DNA of 64,000 nucleotides from Magallana gigas (taxonomy: Eukaryota), in NCBI RefSeq assembly GCF_963853765.1, contig NC_088854.1, forward strand, positions 19,406,001-19,470,000, written 5' to 3'. Shown in pieces: positions 12,001-24,016 of the stretch. Position 1 is the stretch's first letter; each line of letters opens with the position of its first letter. A program made the position numbers and the translations under genes. A model generated the notes under the pieces. It had not been told where the DNA came from, ran no database searches, and saw nothing but the letters and a program-made list of their open reading frames with translations.

Positions 12001-15000
12001 ATTTCTCATTTAAGAATCAAATTACTTGAATTCAAAAATTAAGAAAGGATTTAGAATTTATTCAAAGTACCACATGTATACTTAAATTTTGCAAAAAAAT
12101 AATACATATACATGTATAACATTATCATGTTTCGCAATAAACCTGTTGTGTCCTATCCAGTTGATATCGTAGTTTTTGGTAATTTTTTAAGAATGGATAC
12201 AGGTATTGGTATGCTAAACATTGTATAAGAATAGTTGTGTTAGGAGAAAAATCATGTTGTTCCTTCACAGTGTTACCCCTGGTGTGATGGAGCAGACTCT
12301 TCTGTACCTGTATGGAGGTGTAACCGACCTGATAGACAGCTGTACGCTCAGTGAGCTAATCATGGTAGCGGATATGTACGGGTTGGACGGCCTCAGGGAT
12401 GTCGTTTTGTATAACCTGCGGAGAGATTATTGCCATTTCTTCCATAAGGTTACCAGTTACTGACATATCTTGTATTATGGGGTAGAGGGATAAGGAAACT
12501 CATGTTCAGTGACATAACTGATGTCATGTCTGCTTGTGCAAGGGAAAACTTCAAAAAAGGAGATAAATTTTGTTATTCAAAAAGTGTTACTTTTGACAGC
12601 TGTTTTGTAATTAAGATTTATCTTGTGAAGCATGAAAGATATGAATATGTGTGGGAAGTTGTGTATGTCTTTATAATTATCAGAAAAAAACTGCTGTCTA
12701 CTTAGAGGACAGTACCCTGAGACAATTTTTTGCATTGACTTTTGTCTAAATACATGAATATTTGAATTACATACATGTATCATATGCGGAAAGATGACTT
12801 CTCAAGACATAATCAATTATATTACCAAGAGAACAAAGTTTTAAGTTATGTACATGTACCTAACCTGTAGAGAGCAAATTCTTAATCAATTAAATACTCT
12901 TTTATACATGTACATAAAGTATATAAGGCACATGAAGGTTTTTAGATGTAGAATAAACTGATCGTTTATTTTCAGCCCTGTTCTGTCTGTGAGGAAGGTG
13001 TACTGATAACCCTCTGTCTGACTGTCACATACAACATGGCAGAAATGCAGGAACGGTGCACAAAATGGATTAACAATCATCGCATCAAGATCTGGAGGAC
13101 AGAGGCATTTGCTCGATTGCCACCAGAGATTATTGAAATTTGTTACAATACAGCAGCATCTAGCATGGTAAACAGCTTGTATTGTATTGAATTGTTGTAT
13201 TGAATCATTTATATTCCTGATGGTGCAATTTTCGTGGTGTTTCAATTTTTTTTTCCTTTTACAAGTACCCCAGTCCCACAAATTGACATATTCTACAAGT
13301 TGATGAGGGACTATAATTGGTATTGTCAAATATCTGCCCCCAATTTTAACCAAATTCTAAACAGAGTCGTATGAAAATCAAATCTTCATAAATCGTTGTA
13401 CAGAGGATGCCTATCACTTTAATCTTGATTTTAGTCATCATTGCTCAGTCGCTGTTTATCTATGACATCACCGGAATGACAGAATTCCCGCCCTTTTGCA
13501 AACAAATGAAAAATTTTTCTTTATATTTTGCATTCGGAAGTATAGAGCGCAGGTCTGCTCAAGTACGATTTTAAGATATGGTTTTCTTTATATGAAAATA
13601 CAAATCATACTAAAAAGAGGTACTTGAGTAAGCCTGCGCTCAATGTTTCCCAGTGGAAAAACCCTCAGAAAACACCTATATTTTGCTACAAAACATCAAT
13701 TTATCAAAATAAGACAATCTTCATGACGTCATTTCTACATCATGACATCACTTTGGAGACAACCTTTTTACACACTGGTTTTCAATATGATTTCAACTAT
13801 CTTCTGCCTTATTTTTAAAGCTTTTTAAAAATCATTAATTTTGGAGGCAAAAAATGCATAATACCACACATAGTCCTTTTATCAATATTCATTAGAATAA
13901 TCCACAAAATAAATAATTCCTATAAACCTTAAAAAAAAAAAAAAAGTAATGTCAATTTTCAAAAACTGGCTCTCACAAATTTAAGTGAATCCACGGTAGA
14001 CAAGGTTAACGTAATAAGTCTTGTTAGATACATTATTTGATTTTAATCCACTATAATCATTATTGTAGGATATTTCTAATGTCATCCGAGTAATGATGGA
14101 TTGTCAGAGAATGAATCGAACCATTCCTCATTTAAAGCACAATGAGACTGTTCTCCACTACATCACTCTGCTGATGGACAGTGCCACGGAATACACCAGT
14201 CAGAACTTCAACCACCTGATCAACAGTCCACATTTCATCAATCTTGACAAGGTAGTCATCTTTCTCATCATTATCTGGTGAATTCAACATACCAGGCCCC
14301 AAGATTAAAATTGAGAACAGAATTAATTCAAAATTTACAACAAACATTACTTTCAAAATAAATTTTTGGTTCTCATGTCTGCTTTCTAAATTTTACAAAC
14401 TTGTAATTTTTCAGAAATTTTTTGTTAAAAAAGGAATCAAAATGCTTGATATCTAAAATTTGACTAGCCAGTTAGTCTGTTCTCAGTTTATGGTACACGT
14501 ACATGAATTACCGATGGTATCGAGGTTTGGTAATGAGTATGACTTGCCAGCAGGGTTTTTTTTTAAATGAAATTTTCAAATTGCAATCAATGAGTTGTTT
14601 TCAATTGCAGGACCTTGCCTTTAAGATTGACTTGCTGGAGGAGCTATTTGAGAGTGTGATAAAGTCTTTATCCATGAAAACAGCATGTCTGGCGTATGTT
14701 AGTTTGACCAAGGTTTACAAAAACGTGACAGAAGGGGGAGAATATTACCTTTGTTATGCTGGTGAGGTAAGGACTACAGATAACAACATTTTTTATTACT
14801 ATATAAGAGTTTTTCAAATATTTTTGTACATGTTTCTGTTCAGGGATAAAATTAAGCTGAAAGTTGACTTTTAATGTATTGTTACATGTACCGGTATATG
14901 TACAGTACAATTTATGTTACTTGTAAAAATAGGCACAGAAACTCTGGACATAGAAATACGTAACTCCTATTTATATTAATTATCTTACAATTTTGTTCAA

Positions 15001-16035
15001 TAAAGTGTGTTCTCTGCTTCTTTTCAGTTCATATATTTTTTATTAAAATTTTTTTTTGCAGAACTGTAATATAGGCGAGAAGTTTATTTCCTCTCTTCTG
15101 AAAATGTCTGAAGCTTTCTTAAAGATGCACATCCACCAAGTGATTAACACTGAGAACTGGGATCTACTTCCTAAGGATTTCCAAACACACCTTCTAGCAA
15201 GTATGTTAAATTCTCTTGAGGGCAGAAAATATTTCTCATTCTTCGATTTTTATAAACATTCGTTACATTCAAAGACTAGTGTTTGGCTCATGGGAATGAG
15301 ATTTGCTTTGTGCATGTACATGTATAAGCTTGCAAATTAAAATCTTTTTTAGCTTCCAATTTTGTATGGGTGGAAGGGTTTTCAAAAAGCAGGAAAGCAC
15401 CTCCAAAACTTACCAGTATGCAAGAGGTAGGAGTCTTTATTCTTTTTTCAGGAGGAACACAGCAAGATTCCATAGATGATGAAAATTTAGTGCATTTTGC
15501 AAAATATTGGGGTTGTTTAGATTCAAAAAAAGTCTAGTACATGTAGTAAATTAAGTTGAAAGATTTTTATAGATAATTTCTTTTACAGAAATCCAGTCCT
15601 CATAGTGAAAAGCAAGGTGCTACCCAGAAATCAGTGACTGACAAGAACTTGGCCACATCATTAACCAGTGTTGGTGGAGACTCTTCCAGGAGACAGGTCA
15701 CGAGACCCCCAAAACCACTCCCTAAAAAAACAAACCAGAAGCTTAGCTCTACAAGCACAAAGGGTGGTCAACTGAAACAAAGACTCAGTCCATGTAGTAG
15801 TGTAGAGAGCATCTCTTCAAGAGGAAGTGTCTCTACTAGAGGGAGTCAGTCCTCTACCAGAGCAAGTCCTACAGAGTTTGGGCCAGTGGTAGGCAATGGC
15901 ATTTTGCTGGCTGATATTCCGTTAGAACCAGTCAATGATGGAGTGGCTCAAAGAGCCATTTTACCACCATCTATACACTCTATAGAACAATTACAACCAA
16001 TTCTTGTATGGGAACAAGTGACTCAAAATAACTAA
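9036..16035 (+). CDS. BTBD8: BTB/POZ domain-containing protein 8-like; exons 9036-9160, 9278-9364, 10505-10615, 10910-11518, 11883-11972, 12271-12448, 12976-13167, 14069-14251, 14611-14766, 15062-15200, 15353-15426, 15589-16035; 796 aa
   Basis: All introns are GT-AG and the exons total 2391 nt in frame. Motifs ERSRLKLTLAKQMQKDIG, EEIHSDLTIAVG, LGEDLL, FKAHRSLLTARSAYFEAMLSGSWVES and [28 protein letters not shown] match the recalled tandem-BTB plus BACK architecture of BTBD8. Confidence 0.92.
13306..13878. mobile_element. Non-autonomous DNA transposon (MITE) in BTBD8 intron 7
   Basis: Degenerate terminal inverted repeats agggactataattggtatt / aataccacacatagtcctt. Confidence 0.45.
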
Positions 16036-17267
16036 AAAAATTATACCATTATTTGGATTTTTACCTTCTACCAGTACTTATGAATATTCAAATATAATAG
16101 GGCATAGTTTTGATGGGTATTATTTTAAGCTACCTGATGATCCATTTAGTAGCTATTTTGATGAGCATTGTTGATCTGTTCACTTACATTCTTTTGAATT
16201 ACATGATCAAACTTAGCTGGACACATTGTCTCAATCCATGAATGAAAGAATCATGCTGTTTTTCAGAACTTTTGTTGAAAATGAAACAATATGATTACCT
16301 CTGAAACAAGAAATCAAGGTAACATTTGGTTGATTATTAACTCTTTTAAATAACAGGGTAAGATTCGAGACTTTCTTGTGATAAACTTATCTTTAGCAGT
16401 TACATGTAAAAGAAACTGTGTGAAATACAGTAGTTGAATTCCTTTAGAAATGAAGCAAATTACTTATTCAAAATTGAAAAAAAGCTTTGTGTTTTAGGTA
16501 TAAAATTGTTAATAATAGCTACCATGGATTTCATGACATACTTGTCTATTTTGAATACACAATAAACTTGTCTGAACACTGCTGTAAAAACTAAATTTCA
16601 TATAATAGAAATTTGCAAGAATGATCTAGTTTTGGATATTGCTCTCTGTGAACCAGCCTTTAGTATTGCAGATAAATGAGTCGCTGTGGACTGGTTGACC
16701 AGTGGTAAATTTCATATTGAAGTTGGTTTACAGTATGGTTAGTGTTGTCACGGTTGTGCAATCTTTACTGTGAACTGCACCGAATTTTGTATGCCATGAA
16801 AATCTGTTTATATATTGTGAAATGTACATTTTATATTGCATTTATCTACAGTTACATTATATCAGGTATGTTTCTTTTCCTAAGTCTTAAAGTCGTCTAT
16901 TGAAGTAAATTGCAGTTTATGGTGATTACTATGATTAAGAAATGTGATTTCTAGTTTATTGATATTTCTCAAATCACAATTTTTTTTATAGCTATGTTTG
17001 TTAAATGATATAAGATTTAGCTATAATTTACAACCGACAGGCACCTGACGTTTTACAGGTGGAAACTACATGTGACAAAATTGTTAATCATAGTTCAGAT
17101 CCTGCCATATGAAAAACTACGCTAGTCAAGGGGCCAACTTTTCTAGGATGAAGTTTGTAAAATTGATGGAACCCACGATCGCATAGCTCTTATACAAGTA
17201 TCCAAGACCTTAGATTTAAACTGTTAAATTTCAGCAACCAATTTCCCAATAAAGCTATGACAAGTGT

Positions 17268-17509
17268 TCTTTTTAAGCAGATTAAAACAAGGACAATGAA
17301 TAAAATGTCTAAAGTAAGTCTACTACAATTGATGTTGTTTGACTTTAAATTGTACATTTATTCGTATGTGAATGCAATTCGGCTTTGGTCTTTTTAAGCA
17401 GATTAAAACAAGGACAATGAATAAAATGTCTAAAGTAAGTCTACTACAATTGATGTTGTTTGACTTTAAATTGTACATTTATTCGTATTTGAATGCAATT
17501 CAGCTTTTT
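17268..17509 (+). repeat. Two near-identical 121-bp tandem copies, each containing an AG...GTAAGT-flanked 33-nt segment
   Basis: Units 17268-17388 and 17389-17509 are identical except at their 3' ends. Confidence 0.95.
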
Positions 17510-17802
17510 TTCTTACAGTTTTTTTTCACCAGAAAGGGTTGCAATTTGAAAAGCTTGTTGATTTGATAAAGCATTTTCATCTAAAATGCAAACACAATTA
17601 TTTCATTTATATGCCTGTATTTGAGCAATACATTGTGTTTGATATAGTACAATTTTATGTATGAATATGTGTATTTCATTGCTCTCAAAAAGAGGCAAGA
17701 ATTCTAGATTTTTTTTAAGAATTCTGTTGATACTTTTGTTTATGAATATCTGTGATATCATTTGTTTTGTTAAATTGTTTGAGGTTATTTTTCCTTTACA
17801 GA

Positions 17803-17956
17803 ATGAAACTTTTACAAGTATTTTTTTTTTCGAAACCTCTTTTATGCAGAATAAAACATATAAATCTGCCATCAGCGTTGTTTCTTAAACCATGCGGTGG
17901 AATTAACCGCATGGTACCGATCATCAGATCAACGCTTAGGCTAGCTATTTTACCAG
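17803..17956 (+). CDS. Candidate first coding exon of small-protein gene C (MKLLQVFFFSKPLLCRIKHINLPSALF...)
   Basis: Follows acceptor ttcctttacag. Aligns without gaps to gene A exon 1 (K.LQV...L..R.....LP.A, 9 of 26 identical). Possible donors are phase 0 at 17913 and phase 1 at 17956. The hydrophobic core is interrupted by K and P, so it is a weak signal peptide. Confidence 0.35.
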
Positions 17957-18623
17957 GTTATAAGGCATTAGACTCTACAGTTTCATTAATAAATCATATA
18001 TTACATAAATGAATAGAGAGCTCTAGACTGGAGGCGCTTCTGTAGTGTGGTCAGTTCCTCTGATCCCCCACCAGGGAACACACATGCGGCCGTCAGTAAA
18101 TTTCCAGTAACTCTGATCTATAATAATCAGGTAATTAATCCTTTTTTTCCTTTTACTTTTAACCTGAATTACCGGTGTGTACGAAAAAAATCCCTGTTGA
18201 GATAATATCACGAATAGTCGTGTTGAAAACCAAGAGAAGTTCAGATGGTAAATATCGTTTTATTTCTTTCGTCAGGTCTGTAAATTTTAAAGGGAAATAT
18301 GAATTATTTTACGAAATATACCTCAAAACTATAACTTATCTCTTGTTTTAATGAACTTTTATAGTATAATACTTTAATTTGATATAAGAATTTTCTTCTG
18401 AAATCTTGATGTGACGGTATATCGTTGAAGTTTTGACCCTTTGAAGCTTATATTGAACTGCATTAAATTGCATTAAAATCAAATTGCAGTAGAATAAGGG
18501 TACTAATTTTGGCTTTCCGTTATTTGTTACAGCGAAAAAGAGCACTACAAAAATCAAACACATTATTTCTAATGAGATTGTGTCCATTAATTAATTGGCG
18601 CTTTATTTATTTTCACATGTTAA

Positions 18624-19137
18624 AGGGACTTGGACACGATTTGAGATCAAATTTGTATTTTTTATTTTTATGTATAAAATGGTTTGCTTGTGCATTTTGA
18701 ATTATTAAACAAAATATAAATGTTAGATGTCAAGTGTCTAGCGAGATACAGACATAAGAATTCATTGCTAAGTAAACAAAGCTCGAGTCTTATATTTGTT
18801 TACAAATAATATAAAGTAAAGAAATTACCATTTATTTGACAAGTGACTTGTGGCAAACAAGATAAACTGATTCAATGTGTTCATAAATAATATTATCAAC
18901 AAAAGAAAGCACTTTTTCATTGAAACTTATACCAATACAACACATATTTAAATAATAACAAGACTCAAGCTTTGTTTACAAAACAAAGAATTTCAAACTC
19001 TGTATCTTGCTTATAACTCAATATTTGATTTTAACATTTTGAGGAAGCAAGAACAATATCCATATTAACCATTCTAGACATTAAAAATGGAAAAATAAAT
19101 TTTGAAAAATTTGAGCTCAAATTGTGTCCAAGTCCCT
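18624..19137. mobile_element. TTAA-flanked (Kolobok-type) non-autonomous DNA transposon
   Basis: TIRs agggacttggacacgatttgag / ctcaaattgtgtccaagtccct; flanks ttaa / ataa. Confidence 0.75.
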
Positions 19138-19165
19138 ATAAGTTATCATATGGATTATTTTTCAG

Positions 19166-20292
19166 GTTCTGAATGTAAAGGATCTCTTAGCAAGTCCCGC
19201 GAGACGGATGACTTATTTGGAGCCCGAGTGTAAGTAGTACTGTTACTAATCCATGCTTGGACCTTACGTCTTACGTCTCAGCTGAAATATAGCCTATATT
19301 TACGAGTGATGCAGGCACGTAGCAGACACTTTTTGGCGTGGGAAAGATTTTATTTGATGTTTATATAAAAATATGAATTAACATGGAGCCCCCCCCCCCA
19401 CTTTTATTGGGCCATATAAAAAACTGATTTGAAAATAAGGAAAGAAACAAAATTGAAGTTATAGGTATACGTCGATACTTTGCCCCCCCCCCCTCCCACA
19501 CAGACACACGCTTTTAAAAACGATACTACGTGCCTTTGATGTAGTACATGTCTTATACAGGTTTTTACAGAAGAAAAACATCAGTGTGATTTACTTTATG
19601 ATCTATAAATATACAACGAGGATACTTTTCTTGAAAGAGGATAAAATGAAATGACGAATACTCGTGTTAAACGGAGGGTATGCTATGGGGGTCAAGACTT
19701 GATTTCGATAATTTTACTGTGATAATTAAATAAATTAGAATTTGAACCCCCGACCCATTCTAGATCCGTGCATGCATACATATTTATCTTTAACAAAACT
19801 AATGCATATAGAATATCGTATTTTAGAAATATTTTAATATTAAAGAAATAGGGATTGAGCAAAACATGGGCGTGATAAAATCATAATAACTATTTTTTTT
19901 TTACATGGGTCTTATAGTTCACCCGTACGTGTACTGTCTGCCACACACGTTTACTTCATTGATCAGTGATTTTTTTTTTTTTGTACATATGCCTTTTTGT
20001 TCACCCGTACATGTACTGTCCGCCACACGCCATTACTCCATTCATTTACATGTATTTTATTTTTCTGTACACAGGCCTTATAGCTCACCCGTACGTGTAC
20101 TGCCCGCCGTACAAGGAAGAGGATGATGCATGGGGACTCCTTTTTCTACTTGGTCTCGTTTTGATACTAGGCGAGAAATTTGCTACTGATGGTACAAATC
20201 TTGTGAACGACATAGCGAAAACCACTGCAACCACACTGATAGGGACCCCTGGTCCAATCAGCATTTTACTACCGCCGATTCTTTTTAATTAA
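19166..20292 (+). CDS. Small-protein gene C, 3' part; exons 19166-19229 and 20075-20292; first exon uncertain
   Basis: Strong splice sites (ttatttttcag, gtaagt, tgtacacag). Read from phase 0: VLNVKDLLASPARRMTYLEPE|C-LIAHPYVYCPPYKEEDDAWGLLFLLGLVLILGEKFATDGTNLVNDIAKTTATTLIGTPGPISILLPPILFN*. The Cys codon is split T|GC, as in genes A and B. Confidence 0.6.
19313..19535. mobile_element. Short MITE-like insertion
   Basis: 10-bp TIR aggcacgtag / ctacgtgcct with poly-C tracts inside; no clean target-site duplication. Confidence 0.4.
19900..20110 (+). repeat. Three degenerate tandem copies (about 80-85 bp period) of the gene C last-exon acceptor region
   Basis: tcacccgtacgtgtactg core at about 19919, 20000 and 20086; copies read LIVHPYVYCLP, LFVHPYMYCPP and LIAHPYVYCPP. 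Confidence 0.85.
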
Positions 20293-20920
20293 AATCAACG
20301 CATGTGTTACAAATTTTTGTTGTTATTTCAGTGAATTTATTAGTGATATTTTGATTTAGCGAGAAGAATTGCTTTATTTTGGATTCTATTGGGTATTTTC
20401 CTACCAGAGAGTGCGCAAGCTTTACGTTATGCGTAGATTTACTAAAGCTGACAGCATAGCATATATTAGCATAATAAAATGATGAGATAATTTTTTTTAA
20501 TTGTCTCGGTAGGATATGCCTCTTCCTCTAAACAAAAGTCAAACGCATATTAATTAACTCTTTCAACAACGACACCGGTATGTCTAGTTTATTGCAGTTT
20601 CATTGATTTTCTCGTGGAATTTTTAGACATGGGAGAACTAACGTGATACTGGCATAAACAGTGGCAGTGGGTTTTGTTACATTGCATCATAAGAACACAT
20701 TTGCATGCACGTCTAGTATTTTATTTGATTCTGAGAGAAACACTCTTGGAAAATACACTGTAGTCCTCCAAGTCATGGTACTGACAAGGCACCGGTGAAT
20801 TCTAGTATTTACGCAGCCGCTGTTTACATTTTTTATGAAGAAGTTTTCAGTTATATTGGTTATCATTTCACAATAAACAGAATGCAGATATGAGTTTTAA
20901 TCCCAAGTCGATACAAAACG

Positions 20921-23556
20921 CTAATTTGGACCTGGCCCGGGACCAGGCCCTGGGTCAGGGCCGGGGTTAGGGCCGGGTATGATGGTGTCCATAATTTCTA
21001 CGATGATTGGTGTGGACGACTGCCAAGGAATACAAAGCAGATAAAATATAAACAGTAACAAGAGTTTTTTTCTGTCTTTGTCGACTCTATCGCACTGTTG
21101 ATAAACGCCATTTACCAAACCTGCAAATATCGAATACATGTGCATATAGTATATATATACTGTGGTGGTCTAGCGGTATTTGAAATAAATAATTGTCAAA
21201 GTTTACTCTTTGCGATTCATCAATAAACATTCTTAAAAACAAAATTTGTACATTACAAGATGCACCAAAAACCGTTTGCATTCGCTTATTGATTCGGACA
21301 CAATGAACAATGTAATGATCAGCAAATACCTTATAAGTTAAGGATAACTTTAATAAGAGTAAAATCATGTCTTAGTTTAATGGAAGGCAAATACTATTTA
21401 ACACAGCAACACACTTTATCGATAATTAACATATAAAACATCAATGTATGAAGAGAACAAAAGCGGTGACATGTCGGCACCTTGGCAAACATCTACTTTA
21501 CACAAGATTTATATCGTCAGTATTTACCTACTGATCATAAATACTACATCTCTAATGCATTGTTCATAATCTATGCATTTATAAGTTCTGTTTCAATTGC
21601 AAACCTATTAATAAATCGATCAAGCGAATGTGTTTGTTAAATTTTTTGGGGGGTAAATATACATGTAAGGTCAAACTGAAGCACTGAAACAACAACGAGT
21701 TTCCTTTATTCTGATACGTACGTTTAACAATACAAATAACGCTACAAATCGACAGTTTTCTGTTAATATCCTTGCACATATTTTTAAGACAATGTAAAAC
21801 GTCATCGGATTCACCGATGGATCAAATCATAGACATTAAATGTTATAAGTCTGTGATTAAATGTAAAATTCACGCGGTCACGCTCTCTATAAAGGGATTA
21901 TTGAAAATTTGTCGGTATTTTACTAAAAATCTTCTCAAAAACCCATTTGGCTAGAAAAACTGAAAGTTTTGTAGAAGCAGGTAGTGTAGTTCATATCATG
22001 GTCCCCAGGACGGGGTGGAGGCACAATGTGGAGGGTTTTTACATCTTAAATAAGAATTTACACAGAATTATTTAAAAATCTTCTCAAAAACTGATTAGCA
22101 TTAGCAAGAAAAGTTGTACTTTTGATCCTAGCTCGGATAGTGTTGATTAAAGTTTATTCACATTATAACCTTGGGGGTTAGGGTGGGGCTACAATTAAGA
22201 GTCGAAAATTTACACAGGAATATTGAGAGAAAAATCTTACAATCTTCCTCAAAAACCATTTGGCCAGAAAATCTGATACTTGTGTTGAAGCATCCCCAAG
22301 TAAAGTAGATTCGACTGTGGGGTGTGGGCACAAGGGGTCGGAAATTTTATATAGAAATAAATATCATCAAAAATACGGTCAAAAATATTTTTCTCTAACA
22401 CTGAAACAACAAAAGGAGCCCAATTTTTTACTTAGGTATATTTGGAGAAATTTTTTAAATCTTTAATTTTATAAACAAGATATCTACTAAGTTGTATATA
22501 GATACTTTGTATTTGATACTCTAAAAACTGTCCAAAGCTATTCTGGTCAGTTACGGCAGAGACATAAATAACAGAGATCGGCAACTCCGCGATTAGCGTG
22601 TTTAGTTGTTGAAAAATGGTATGGGACCAACCTTACTTTGAGAACTACATTTTAGTAAACTGAGATAATGATCTTAAACCAAAAGTATATTGTTTTAATG
22701 AAAAGTGTGCTTAGGTTTTAGACATTTTTGAAACATAAAATAGAAAAAAGAGATTAATATAATTTATAGAAAATATATTGGCCAGTTATAAAACATCGGC
22801 GAAATCTCGGACGACGGGTAGCCAACTGCCCTCTAAAACTCCTCTTTTAATATTGTTTATATGACATAATATAAACTCATGAAAATATAATATTTTGAAT
22901 GTTTATGTAATAGGTTTTAGCTCTTTATATTTCGATAAAATTGTTTATTATTGATTTAAGCTGGGAACACTTTACAATAGAGACAGCGGGATTTCGCGAG
23001 ATTACGATCAGTTGCAAATCTCTGTTATTTATTTCTCTGGTTACGGCTACTGTTGCTCAAGTGAGCAAAGGGGCTTCTGAGCCTCTTTTTTGTTACTGGT
23101 TTTGTTCTGTTTTTGTTGTTGTTGTTTTTTTATTTATATTTTTTTATGGGGGGGTTGGGGTTGGGGTTGGGGGTTGCCTGTTAAGATGAGATATAGGAAT
23201 GGGTGCTGCCCTGACCCCCCCCCCCCCCCAAATTTTCTTCCTAGACCAGATAATTGTTACACTTTAACTATGCAACGTGTTAGATACATGGTACATGTAG
23301 GGAGTCTCTGTTGATTTCTTAACTTACACTGGAAGGTGGCCATTCTTTGAGTGAGTTGGTTTTATTCATACTAAGGTTAATACTGTAAACACTAAACACG
23401 GTACTTACATAAATTGTTCAGATATTCATTCAAAAGTATATTTTCAGCAGAAGCATCAAAGCTTGCTCCGTAGATAGCGCCGGGTAATTGTTGGGAACTT
23501 CTGCGAATGAACAGCGTTCCGAGGATTAATAACACTTGCAGACATTTTTTCGCCAT
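20921..23556 (-). CDS. Small-protein gene A, 115 aa; exons 23556-23409 and 21120-20921
   Basis: MAKKCLQVLLILGTLFIRRSSQQLPGAIYGASFDASAENILLNEYLNNL|C-LVNGVYQQCDRVDKDRKKLLLLFIFYLLCIPWQSSTPIIVEIMDTIIPGPNPGPDPGPGPGPGPN*. Acceptor ctacctttcag lies just before the ATG, donor is gtaagt, last-exon acceptor is atttgcag, phase 1 matches. The Pro-Gly tail uses varied codons. Confidence 0.8.
21900..22420. repeat. Degenerate Cg170/HindIII-like oyster satellite, about 3 units of 150-167 bp
   Basis: Recurrent aaaatcttctcaaaaac, tggc(t/c)agaaaa.ctga, gtagtgtag and gggggttagggtggggctacaa blocks at about 21925, 22074 and 22241 resemble the recalled Crassostrea 166-bp satellite. Confidence 0.6.
22546..23051. 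mobile_element. MITE-like element with about 35-bp imperfect TIRs
   Basis: cagagacataaataacagagatcggcaact pairs with agttgcaaatctctgttatttatttctctg. Confidence 0.5.
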
Positions 23557-23802
23557 TTACCTGAAAGGTAGGAAAACGTATAAATACAGGTTAGTTTTGG
23601 GGGTTATTTTTACAAAATTTAAAACAAAGTGTCCTTTACATGTGATGGATGCAACGAGTTATAGTTAGCATGGTGAATAGTGTGGAATTAAATGGTTCAA
23701 TCCTTTGAATATCAACTATCATAGTCAATGAGCTCTATCATCTCACAAATTGGACTGATTTATGTTACACAGTACATTTAAACATTGAATGCTTATTTTT
23801 GG

Positions 23803-23913
23803 ATGTCGTCGGTCCTGTCACACACCAAGCGGTGCACACAAATTGAATACCGGGCGTTAGCGCTGTATGATAATTTGTATGCACCGCTTGGTGTGTGACA
23901 GGACCGACGACAT
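23803..23913. repeat. Near-perfect hairpin, 42-bp arms and 27-nt loop
   Basis: atgtcgtcggtcctgtcacacaccaagcggtgcacacaaatt versus aatttgtatgcaccgcttggtgtgtgacaggaccgacgacat, one mismatch. Confidence 0.95.
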
Positions 23914-24016
23914 TTGGCTGTTCCATGTATGTTTCATATCCCTGACTAAGAGCGTATAGAATGACTTTACAGCGACAATACAAAGTTATTTCATAAAAAA
24001 CACACATAATTATGGC

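Noticed and set aside
11168-13353. Minus ORFs overlapping BTBD8 (11168-11386, 12577-12783, 12886-13353)
   Set aside because: They are antisense shadows of coding exons or low-complexity intron sequence.
18023-18211. Minus ORF with a basic cluster and CVPW, reminiscent of gene A (CIPW)
   Set aside because: It is open only in phase 0 after the nearest AG, lacks the Cys loop and Leu-rich run, and no upstream exon was found.
22941-23314. Plus ORFs with GVGVG, WGWGW and CCPDPPPPP
   Set aside because: They arise from G and C homopolymer tracts and a MITE end within the gene A intron.
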